64,000 bases of DNA from an uncultured Chloroflexia bacterium. GTDB lineage: Bacteria; Chloroflexota; Chloroflexia; QHBQ01; JADMIH01. The position numbers were made by a program, and so were the translations under genes. The stretch spans positions 527,924-591,923 of the forward strand of contig CAWCNY010000001.1 in NCBI GenBank assembly GCA_963797095.1. Direction: 5' to 3'. Under the pieces are notes generated by a model that was not told the origin of the DNA, searched no databases, and saw nothing but the letters and a program-made list of their open reading frames with translations. Shown one piece after another: positions 29,101 through 38,194 of the stretch (position 1 is its first letter; the number at the start of each line of letters is the position of its first letter).

Positions 29101-29893
29101 ATGCCACGCGACACACTTTACGCTCGGGTCCTTACCACTCGGAAGCACCCTTTGCGCGTTGACCTGGTCGGACTTTCTGTGCCGAAGCCGATTAAGGATA
29201 GGATGTTCGGTAGGAGCCAGGATAGCGTGTTGATCGCAGCGAAGGATGGCTTCTCTGGCATTGCTGTTGCGGATGGTCTGGGTTCTCGATCAAGGTCAGC
29301 GGACGGATCGCGGCTCGCGAACTCGAGTGGCTCTTGAAGTACTGGGCGAATATCTCAACGATTGGCCCATCGAGCGCGGCAAATCAGCCACGCTCGTCAA
29401 GGCAATACTTGACAGGTGGTGCAGCCAATTGCCATCGAACGAGGTAGACGAGTTCAGCACCACTCTCCTATTTTCCGCACATTCAGAGGATCGATTGATT
29501 GTCGGCGGGATCGGGGACGGTTTAGCCCATGTATGGGCAGGTAGTTCGATGACAACGAGCGTCATCTCGGGAAGACCAACGTTCAGCAATATCACGTATT
29601 CACTAACTAGCCGCAATGCGTCAGCTGAATTTCGGACAAAGGAATTCAGAATTACCCCCGAAAACCTACCTATTTGTGTGTTACTCGCCAGTGATGGCAT
29701 TTCTGACGATCTTGAGCCCAGCCGGTTCGCGGAATTGGCCCCGACTCTGGCTCGGAAGGTACAGATGAACGGTCTCGCTGCCACATTGGACGAACTCCGT
29801 ACCTGGCTACTAAGCTGGCCAACTGCAGGTCACCAGGACGATAAGTCCTTGGCGGCAATGCTGATCTGGGCTGAGGATGGTACAGATGGCTGA
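29101..29893 (+). pseudogene. PP2C-type phosphatase of TerY-P, frameshifted at about 29320
   Basis: Frame 1 has SQDS and AVADGLGS; frame 2 has STTLL, IGDG, LASDGISDD, QDDKSL. Removing one A from gcgAActcga restores GSRLATRVALE. Confidence 0.85.
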
Positions 29894-31274
29894 GAGTTTC
29901 GTAAGCAAAGTAGTGCGCGACCGCAGTGGGAATCCCTACGAACTTGCACGGGTTGCTGGCCGGGGCAGCCAGGGTGTCGTTTATGAGGTGGCCCATAGTT
30001 CGTTCATGGTGAAGCTGGCAACTACCAAAGACCCCGCGCACCGTGAAGAACTGCAGCGGCGCTATGAGTGGTTGCGAAATAGAACGCTGCATTCTGGCAC
30101 GCGGCTTGTCACACCCAGATACCTGCTAGCTCCGCCACACACCGGCTACGTTATGGATCGCGTAAAGGGGCATGAGCCTCTTTCACATCTCTTCCGGCCT
30201 CCCAACGACCGGCCCCTTGGTGAATGGTACAACAAGCTCACGGGAGGTCTGCGCCGTCGTCTCCTCTTGGGGGCTCAGATTTCACGCGCTTTCCACTACA
30301 TACAGATAGACGGGCTATCGTACTGTGATCTATCTGGCTCGAACATACTTGTCGCCAAGGATCCGGCTGTTCTGTCGATCGCTATCGTTGACTCTGATAA
30401 CCTATCGGTCTCTGGCAAAGCCCAATCTCTAGTTATGGGCACCCCGAGGTTCATGGCCCCGGAAGTACTGGACGGCAGTCACCAGCCTGATGCGCTTACA
30501 GACAATTACTCCTTGGCGGTTCTCTTGTTTCACCTTCTACGGCTGAACCACCCCTTAATTGGCGATGCGGTCGAGCATGCCCCTCCAGAACAGGAGGAGG
30601 TCGCCTTGAGTGGCAGGCTGCCATATATAGATCATTCATCCGATACCTCCAACCGCTCTAGCAGAGTTCTGCCTGCTGAGGCCGTCTGCACGAAACAGCT
30701 TTCTGAGTTGTTCGCGCAGGTCTTCGTTGACGGGTTGCTGACGAGATCAAAGCGCCCGACCCCGGGCGATTGGGAGTCCGCCTGCCTGCAGGCCGTAGAT
30801 GCAACGGTAACATGCGCCAACTGTAAAGCGACATTCTTTCCTCGATCGCTCGACGCTCAATCCGGGCTATGTCAGTGCCCTTGGTGTGGCATTACTCGCT
30901 CGATACCTCCTTCGCTGATCTTCCAAGACCTAGCACTTGTTGAAGGCCAATTCATTAGAGGAAAGCCTTATAGCCCGATCTTCCTCGATGCTGAGATAAC
31001 CAACATTACCGCTCGCAACGCGTACTGTGGTTGCTATGGTGAAGAAGGTGATCGAGTTGTAATGCGCGTTCGCCACGACTTAGAAAGAGGATCGGTAATA
31101 GGTCAGAACAAGACCGACAACCCCTTGCACGTGCGCAAGCCGAAGGAAGAGCGGTGGCTACCGGTAAAGACCGAAGGGTTCTTCCCGATCGCACCAGGCA
31201 CACAAATAAGGTTTGGAGAGGCTCAGGATGGATGCGCAGTGCGGCTAGCTATATTGCGATTGGGTCAGAGGTAG
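29886..31274 (+). CDS. TerY-P kinase with Zn ribbon and C-terminal FHA-like region
   Basis: GRGSQGVVY, YCDLSGSNIL, DSDN, GTPRFMAPE, CANC..CPWC; third gene of a vWA-PP2C-kinase triad. Confidence 0.85.
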   Translation: MAESFVSKVVRDRSGNPYELARVAGRGSQGVVYEVAHSSFMVKLATTKDPAHREELQRRYEWLRNRTLHSGTRLVTPRYLLAPPHTGYVMDRVKGHEPLSHLFRPPNDRPLGEWYNKLTGGLRRRLLLGAQISRAFHYIQIDGLSYCDLSGSNILVAKDPAVLSIAIVDSDNLSVSGKAQSLVMGTPRFMAPEVLDGSHQPDALTDNYSLAVLLFHLLRLNHPLIGDAVEHAPPEQEEVALSGRLPYIDHSSDTSNRSSRVLPAEAVCTKQLSELFAQVFVDGLLTRSKRPTPGDWESACLQAVDATVTCANCKATFFPRSLDAQSGLCQCPWCGITRSIPPSLIFQDLALVEGQFIRGKPYSPIFLDAEITNITARNAYCGCYGEEGDRVVMRVRHDLERGSVIGQNKTDNPLHVRKPKEERWLPVKTEGFFPIAPGTQIRFGEAQDGCAVRLAILRLGQR

Positions 31275-31279
31275 GTAAT

Positions 31280-34200
31280 GTGATCATCTCTGAAATAGAA
31301 GGGAACATCCAACTCGTGGGCACGTTTGAACATCGGGCCGAAAACGTGTCAAGGAAGGATGAAGGCTCACTAGTCACCATAGGGTCGGATAGCAGCGATG
31401 ACGAAGCCCTGCTTCTGCTGCCAGACCGACGGAGTCTCACCATCTATCCCTCGGACATCAATAGCCGACGAGCACTGAGAGAATTGCGGTCTGCTGCCAT
31501 GACGGCGTTGTGCTATATAGCAAAGATCCGACCATCGCAGATCGTCTTGCACGCGAACATATTTGATAGCTACATCGCGTTCCCGCAGGATGCACCTCTG
31601 CGTATTCTTGTTACCGCCGCCACTCTTGAGGATATTCCTAAGCTGCTAAGGGAAAAACCCAAAGCGTTTCTTGATGGCCAATTCTTGGTTGGCGATGCGG
31701 CCTTGGCTCAGGTCTATGTGACCGGCCAGAGGAGCGATTTCCACCTCATATCACCCAAATGGATCTGCGAGGTGAAAATAATCGCGGGTAGAACGGCAGA
31801 ATGTGTTCGGCTCCGGCAGCGGCGAAGACAACTTCGTAATCAGCCCATCGTGTTATTGCGGGGTGATATAGGCTTCACACTCGACCCGACCCATGATGGC
31901 TCAGTAGCGGTGATGGAGAGTCAATTACGCGACACGTTGGCCAATCCTCGAAGTTATCTTAAGGGCTGGGAGATTTACAACCAGCTGGAAGAGCGTCAGC
32001 GCCAGCTGGAGGCACTTGAGATTGGCTCGTTGCCTTATCGTTCCGTTAGGGTGGGCAGTTTTGGCGACCAGATTGAATACATCTTTCAACTCACCGAAGG
32101 CGTTACCCCAGCTTTTCGGTATGGCGGCATGGACCTGGAGGCCGCAAGCAAGCCACTTGTGGAGAATCCAGAGACCAAGCAAATAGAACCTCCTAGCCCC
32201 AGAGTGCCAGTAGGAGAAGCGGATGCAAGTACACCCGGCTCCAAGCAACTTATCACGCGGGTACGAGCTGAACCGGATAGCCCTGCCCCGCCCAACCAGG
32301 GATATCTGATCCCGTCGCTTCAAGGCGACAAAGTACGCCTCAGACGTCGAGAGCGAGCACTCAACAAGGTAATGAATGGCGAGGTCCCGCTGCGTAGCAC
32401 CCTCGGACTGCTACTTGAAAGCGGCGATGCTCCTGTTCAGCTGCATACGCATATTGCGCCTATGTCCGCTGCCACCAGAAAGGCGTTCGGTCATCCCCCT
32501 ACGGAGAGTCAAATTGCCGCAATGGAGGTGGCGCTGAATACTCCAGACATTGCGCTGATCCAGGGTCCTCCCGGTACGGGAAAGACCACAGTCATTCGGG
32601 CTCTCATGACTCGACTTCTTGAGCTTGGCGAGCATAGAGGCGAGCAGGCCTCCATACTGGTTAGCAGCTACCAGCACGATGCTGTTGACAACGTCATCAC
32701 AGGTGCAGATGTAGGAGGATTGCCCCCGAATAGAGTTGGAGGTAGACGTGGTTCCAGCCAGGAGGCGCGTGAGCAGGGTCTCTGGGATTGGGTTCGTGAC
32801 CGGCAACTCGAGTGCAACAGAGTTCTTGAGTCGTTGCCAAGCAGTTCCATGCGTGAAGTGGCACGGAGTGTCGACCGCTTGATAGATCAATGGCGGCGGG
32901 TACGTGGCGGCTCTTCAGGCGCAGCCCTTCTCACAAAGGAGATATGCGATCTGGTGGGACCGTTCTTACGGGCTGAACAGCTTGTCGAATTGCGCGCGCT
33001 TACGTCCGAGATCGAGAGTGAAGTAATGCACAGACCTGGCAGCGGAAACCACGACGAGCGATCTGAACTAGCAGAGATGGGAAGCATCCTTTCAGCGCAG
33101 CGGCTAGAAGCAAGTTCCTTTCTCGACGACGGTACACTACAGGCTCGGCGCCTCTTGCGATATCTTGAGCGCATCTCAGACGTCATAGACGTTGCCATAC
33201 CTGAACAAGTGCGAAGAGCTACCCACAGCAGCTTGGAAGATGCAGAAGAGGAGGAGTTAGTGGCTTTCCTAACTGACTATGCACAAGCGCTTAGTCAGAT
33301 GCTCAGTGATTTGCCGGGTCAGGGTTCCGCTCCAGAGGGATCCTCAGATACCGTAGTTCGCCTGGACCGCTGCTTGTCGGAGGTTTCCCATGCCCTACAT
33401 GCGCGCTGGCGGAATTCCGCGGACTCGGTTGCGGACATAGTAACCGAGTTCCGCGATGAACTCGATGATCCTCGTGAGGTAAAGAAGCTAGTCGATAGGT
33501 ATTCGGCTGTGGTAGCAGGCACGTGCCAACAGGTGGCGCCTCAGTCGTACCGGCTGTCGGAGCCGGAGCGGAGATACGATTACGTTATCATTGATGAAGC
33601 GGCGCGTGCCAACCCGCTCGACCTGCTGATACCGATGTCCCTGGGGCAGAAGATCGTATTGGTTGGAGATCACAGGCAATTGCCTCATGTACTGGAACAA
33701 ACCGTTGTTGACGCTTTCCAGGGTGATCTCGACGAACAGGTTGGAAATTTCCTGAGCGAAAGTCTGTTCGAACGGCTCTTCCGAACGTTGGATGCATCGT
33801 ACTCAAAGGGCGGCCCGAGAAGAACAGTAACGCTGCTTGATGACTTTCGTATGCACCCAGTGATCGGTGAATTCGTCAGTAGCACGTTCTATGGCGGGCA
33901 AGTAAAACCTCGGTCTTCCGTTGTTGAACGATCTCATGGCCTTGACATATATGGCGGTCGCCCGGTCTGTTGGCTGGATGTGCCTCGCTCATCTGGCCTG
34001 GAAGCACCAGGGCAAAGCAAAATGCGCCCAGCGGAAGTCAAGGTCATTGCTGAAGAGGCTGAGCGGGTCTTGCGGCTACATCCCACCTATAGAATTGGCC
34101 TGATTACCTTCTATAGCAAGCAGGCTGAGTTGCTCCAATTGGAAATCGACAAACTGCCGGTGGACTGGAAGAACCGAGTACTGGTTGGGACTGTCGATGC

Positions 34201-34462
34201 TTTTCAAGGACGTGAGTTCGACATCACTTTCTTGTCGACCGTTCGGAGTAACAACCAGAATGGTCCATTGAGGTCAAGAGTCGGCTTCCTTGCTCTTCCC
34301 AACCGGATGTGCGTGGCGCTTAGTAGAGCCAAGCGCGCTCTAATAGTTGTTGGAGATGCAGAGACCGTAGCAGGTACCAGGCAAAGCCCCGTTGTGAAGG
34401 AACTGCAGGCTTTCTATGAGTTGTGCCTCAGCACGGAGGGTTGGCATGAGCAGCGGCACTAA
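31280..34462 (+). CDS. Upf1/DNA2-like SF1 helicase (CoCoNuT CnuH-like)
   Basis: QGPPGTGKT, AVDN, IDEAAR, VGDHRQL, SLFERL, FRMHP, TVDAFQGRE, NRMCVALSRA; probable GTG 31280. Confidence 0.9.
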   Translation: MIISEIEGNIQLVGTFEHRAENVSRKDEGSLVTIGSDSSDDEALLLLPDRRSLTIYPSDINSRRALRELRSAAMTALCYIAKIRPSQIVLHANIFDSYIAFPQDAPLRILVTAATLEDIPKLLREKPKAFLDGQFLVGDAALAQVYVTGQRSDFHLISPKWICEVKIIAGRTAECVRLRQRRRQLRNQPIVLLRGDIGFTLDPTHDGSVAVMESQLRDTLANPRSYLKGWEIYNQLEERQRQLEALEIGSLPYRSVRVGSFGDQIEYIFQLTEGVTPAFRYGGMDLEAASKPLVENPETKQIEPPSPRVPVGEADASTPGSKQLITRVRAEPDSPAPPNQGYLIPSLQGDKVRLRRRERALNKVMNGEVPLRSTLGLLLESGDAPVQLHTHIAPMSAATRKAFGHPPTESQIAAMEVALNTPDIALIQGPPGTGKTTVIRALMTRLLELGEHRGEQASILVSSYQHDAVDNVITGADVGGLPPNRVGGRRGSSQEAREQGLWDWVRDRQLECNRVLESLPSSSMREVARSVDRLIDQWRRVRGGSSGAALLTKEICDLVGPFLRAEQLVELRALTSEIESEVMHRPGSGNHDERSELAEMGSILSAQRLEASSFLDDGTLQARRLLRYLERISDVIDVAIPEQVRRATHSSLEDAEEEELVAFLTDYAQALSQMLSDLPGQGSAPEGSSDTVVRLDRCLSEVSHALHARWRNSADSVADIVTEFRDELDDPREVKKLVDRYSAVVAGTCQQVAPQSYRLSEPERRYDYVIIDEAARANPLDLLIPMSLGQKIVLVGDHRQLPHVLEQTVVDAFQGDLDEQVGNFLSESLFERLFRTLDASYSKGGPRRTVTLLDDFRMHPVIGEFVSSTFYGGQVKPRSSVVERSHGLDIYGGRPVCWLDVPRSSGLEAPGQSKMRPAEVKVIAEEAERVLRLHPTYRIGLITFYSKQAELLQLEIDKLPVDWKNRVLVGTVDAFQGREFDITFLSTVRSNNQNGPLRSRVGFLALPNRMCVALSRAKRALIVVGDAETVAGTRQSPVVKELQAFYELCLSTEGWHEQRH

Positions 34463-36005
34463 CCAGATGCGAGCAGATCTGCTCTTGGAGCGCCAAAAGA
34501 GTTGGGATCTTCTACGCTTCCCCACGCGCGCCCCAGCCGCTTCGGTACTCTCTGTGCGGCTGGCTTGGCCAGTCTACGGGTGGCGGGTAATAGCTCCACG
34601 GCCCGCGGATGAGAATACTAACGCTATTGAACGGGCAGTTCTTCGTCTGTGCTCAATAGGCAGCAGTAATCCAGGTGAAGCGGGCATATTGCTCGGTATA
34701 CCGGCAGCGCTTGTCAGGACGGTTCAGCGCTCATTAATAGACCGTAAATACCTGAATGAGAGACTGGAGGTCCAGGAAATAGGCAAAGCTATTCTGGTTG
34801 GCAACGAGCCAGATGAGGTTGACACCAACTCCGAAGAACTAGGCTGGATCTTCCGAGACGCACTCAGCGGTGACGTGCTGCCGATGTTTGTTCGTGGTTC
34901 TCTACCCCTCGCCCCTGCTGCTGCGGCTAAAGAAGTGTACTTGCTTCCATATGGGGACGAGTTCAGCACAAGACCTTCGAGCCTTTCAATTTTGACTGGG
35001 CTCCGTTTGTATGGGCGAGTCTCCAGGTTTGAATCTGAAACTACAGATAGTTCGGGGCTCAGCGCCAATTCCTTTGATCCTGAGCAATTGAGGTTCATGG
35101 AGTGGGGAAATGTAGCAGATGTTGGGGGGACGGTTAGCGCCGAGTCGGCGCTGAGCCCGGATTTTGTCCGGGTCCTGAACTCCAAAGCGGAGGCTCTCGA
35201 TCTGGAAACTCCACTTTACATTACCGGCGACGATTTCAACGATTGGCACATACGATCCCCCTTCGGTACTGCCGGAGGCTGGTGGTTTAAGAAGAAACTC
35301 GAATGGGGCATTGCACATAGCCCTGTCTTGGAGTACCAGATAGAGAGCTGGCTTAAATCGGCAAGGGATACTATTCTGGCCCGATATCCTGAGTTCCCTA
35401 TCGCCGGGGACGAAAGTCGGATCCTAATGGCGCTCTTCCCCACCTTGGTCGGCAACCCGCGTTTTGATCATGTGAATCGAGAGCTCGCTGGGGCCCTCCG
35501 ATCTGAGAGCCTCTTCCGGGTGGATAACAACAACCTGGACGTCGTCCTCAATCGATATCAGAAGGCCCTGGAGGCCCTGTTGACATTGTGCATCGAAGCA
35601 GTCCCAGCGAGGGAAGATCTGGCACGAAAGATAGGCTCTCAGGACTTTGCTAACAAGGCCCAAGTTATGGCACAAGCCCTCTCTGTTCATATGCCTGCAT
35701 CGTTCTCTCGCGCTTCGAACGGCCACAAAATGGTAGCAGTAGCCCGCTATGGTGGGGCTGCTCTGCGGGATCGTGCACTATTCCTTCTGGGACATGCCTA
35801 CTACGAGAGCGGCTCACCTTTCCGGTCTGTATTGATTGATCAGCCTGATTTGCTCGTGTTACTTGATGAAGTCGCCGAGCGGCGTAACCGCCAGGGGGCG
35901 CACTTCTCCGACTCAATCTCTTCGGAGGAACCCGAAGATATCTTCAACGCCGTGCGCGATGCGTCCCACCGCATCATACATGCAATCACCAAGCACTATA
36001 GTTAG
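34446..36005 (+). CDS. wHTH + HEPN putative RNase effector (CnuE-like)
   Basis: N-terminal wHTH-like segment (IERAVLRL..LGIPAALVRTVQRSL); C-terminal RRNRQGAH fits the HEPN Rx4-6H motif; lies between the helicase and McrB. Confidence 0.65.
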   Translation: MSSGTNQMRADLLLERQKSWDLLRFPTRAPAASVLSVRLAWPVYGWRVIAPRPADENTNAIERAVLRLCSIGSSNPGEAGILLGIPAALVRTVQRSLIDRKYLNERLEVQEIGKAILVGNEPDEVDTNSEELGWIFRDALSGDVLPMFVRGSLPLAPAAAAKEVYLLPYGDEFSTRPSSLSILTGLRLYGRVSRFESETTDSSGLSANSFDPEQLRFMEWGNVADVGGTVSAESALSPDFVRVLNSKAEALDLETPLYITGDDFNDWHIRSPFGTAGGWWFKKKLEWGIAHSPVLEYQIESWLKSARDTILARYPEFPIAGDESRILMALFPTLVGNPRFDHVNRELAGALRSESLFRVDNNNLDVVLNRYQKALEALLTLCIEAVPAREDLARKIGSQDFANKAQVMAQALSVHMPASFSRASNGHKMVAVARYGGAALRDRALFLLGHAYYESGSPFRSVLIDQPDLLVLLDEVAERRNRQGAHFSDSISSEEPEDIFNAVRDASHRIIHAITKHYS

Positions 36006-36013
36006 GAGGATCT

Positions 36014-38194
36014 GTGGCTTCCAAGAATCGTAGAGCACAGAACAGGGGACCGCTTCAGCGGAATGCCTCACCAGCGGTCCGACAAAGTCCGTCCCAGGTG
36101 CAGACGCGCCCTTCTCAAGCGCCGCCCATGCCAGCAACTCCAGCTGCCGAAAAAGCTGTGCATGCGGTCTCAAGTGCCGACGAAATCAGGCGAGCGGTCG
36201 AGGAGAAAATTCGCGGGGAACTTACAGAGGCGATTCAGAAAGATGAAACCGCTATCCGTGCTGACTACCGCCAGCGCGAGGAAGCCCAGCTACTGGCCCA
36301 AATCGAAAAGGCGGAGGCAGATGCTGAAGCAATTAGGGCTGAGGCCCAGAGTGCTGCAGACGACATTGTAGCTTCCGCACATGCTGACGCTGAAAGTGTG
36401 CGGAATGCAGCCAGAACGGAAGCGTCCGAGGAACTATCGAAGCAGCGGCAGGGTCTTGAAGAGATAGAGCACCAGTTGCGCTCACTGGAGATCGAACTTC
36501 AGAAGCGATCGAAATCGCTACGCCGTCAGGAGGAAGACATTGCACTGGAGCTGGAAGAGATTACAGGGGAAAAGGCACGGCTAAAGGGGCGTTGGGAGCA
36601 GTGCTCACCCGGGCGAGTTCGCGAGTTGGAGAACGAACTGAACTTGCTGGCGCAGTATCGAGAAGCCGATGCGCTGATCGCGGACAAGCTCCGCGAGGAG
36701 AATGCGCAATTGCGGGCACAAATCGGGGCAAGTGGTGGTCGAAGCGCCGACAATCTCCTCGGGGAACTGGAGTCTGAGCGAGAACAGACGAGATACCTGC
36801 GGGACCAGTTAGCCAATTACCCACGCCTTGAGGTTATTGAGGTTCTGAGATCTGATGCAGAGTCGCTCGTAAAGCTTCGTGAGGAGTACGCAACGCTCAG
36901 GTCCAAACTCACGGAGGTGGAGGGACGAGCGGCCCGGTTGGAGATAGGAAATCGGGAGGTTGAGCAGACCAGAGTTCAGGCCGAGGCTCTACGCGCCCTG
37001 AACAACGAACTTAGAAAAGAGTTGCAGCAGTTCAAAGAAACGCTTGAGGGGCGCTCCGGTGAGCGGTTCCCGGAGCTTGTACGGATTGATAGTCGACAGA
37101 GACAAAGCGAGGCACCCCTGCTTCAGAATAAGCTGATAAGATTTCAAGCACTTGCCGACCACGTGTGTGACTATGCCGCCAGCCGGACTCCGGCTTTGTA
37201 CTACTCGCGGACTGCAATACGCGCTTTCATCGCAGGATTGGCGTCGTCACGCTTGAGCATACTGCAGGGACTCAGTGGGACGGGCAAGACCAGCCTCCCG
37301 CGAGTGTTTGCTGACGCCATAGCTGGCCGCTATGTATCGATCCCTGTCCAGTCTGGTTGGAGGGATCGACACGAACTGCTCGGCTACAACAACGATTTCA
37401 GTAAGCGCTTCAGCGAGAGTGAGTTCACCAAAGCGGTTTACCAGGCGGGGCTTCCCGAGAACCGTGAGACCTTATGGTTCTTGGTGCTCGATGAGATGAA
37501 TTTGGCTCGTATTGAATATTACTTCGCCGATTTCCTTTCTGTACTGGAGGAGCCTAAGCACGAGAACTGGTACGTCCCTCTTATGAGCTATGACCCAAGG
37601 AATGGATCGGACAGTGGGCCTCAGTATTTGCAGGATGGCTACAAGCTAAGGGTGCCCGAAAATCTCTGGTTTGTCGGAACAGCAAACCAGGATGAATCGA
37701 CATTCGAGATCACTGACAAGGTATATGATCGGGCTCAGGTGATCACGTTCAGGAGAAGGCAGGAGGAGTTCCAGGTTGATCAACCGCTGGAGGTCGCTCC
37801 GGTCTCGCTCCATGCGCTTGAGCGCAGCTTCAAGAAAGCTGTTGAACAGGGTAAAGGACGGCTCATCGACGACGACTGGGCGTTTGTCGAGAGAGTAGAC
37901 AATTTCCTACAGGAGCATTGCGGTATAACTTTCGGGAACAGGATAAAAGCGCAATTGGAGAGGTTTGTGCCCGTATTCGTTGAGTGTGGGGGGCTGAAGT
38001 CGGAGGCCGTCGATTTCCAACTTGTACAGAAGGTTCTAAGAAAAGTCGAAAACCTGCATGATCCCGCGATCAGCACTGCGCTAAAGGACTTGAGAGACTT
38101 GCTTACCAACGATAAGCCTTCCGGATGGGGGCCACTGAACCTTAGCCAAGAGCTTATAGAGCGCCAAGTAGCACATGCGAGTGTCCTGCGGTAA
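36014..38194 (+). CDS. Coiled-coil McrB-like GTPase (CnuB-like)
   Basis: About 300-aa coiled coil, then GLSGTGKT, LDEMNLARIEYY, GTANQDES, DKVYDRA. Confidence 0.88.
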   Translation: MASKNRRAQNRGPLQRNASPAVRQSPSQVQTRPSQAPPMPATPAAEKAVHAVSSADEIRRAVEEKIRGELTEAIQKDETAIRADYRQREEAQLLAQIEKAEADAEAIRAEAQSAADDIVASAHADAESVRNAARTEASEELSKQRQGLEEIEHQLRSLEIELQKRSKSLRRQEEDIALELEEITGEKARLKGRWEQCSPGRVRELENELNLLAQYREADALIADKLREENAQLRAQIGASGGRSADNLLGELESEREQTRYLRDQLANYPRLEVIEVLRSDAESLVKLREEYATLRSKLTEVEGRAARLEIGNREVEQTRVQAEALRALNNELRKELQQFKETLEGRSGERFPELVRIDSRQRQSEAPLLQNKLIRFQALADHVCDYAASRTPALYYSRTAIRAFIAGLASSRLSILQGLSGTGKTSLPRVFADAIAGRYVSIPVQSGWRDRHELLGYNNDFSKRFSESEFTKAVYQAGLPENRETLWFLVLDEMNLARIEYYFADFLSVLEEPKHENWYVPLMSYDPRNGSDSGPQYLQDGYKLRVPENLWFVGTANQDESTFEITDKVYDRAQVITFRRRQEEFQVDQPLEVAPVSLHALERSFKKAVEQGKGRLIDDDWAFVERVDNFLQEHCGITFGNRIKAQLERFVPVFVECGGLKSEAVDFQLVQKVLRKVENLHDPAISTALKDLRDLLTNDKPSGWGPLNLSQELIERQVAHASVLR

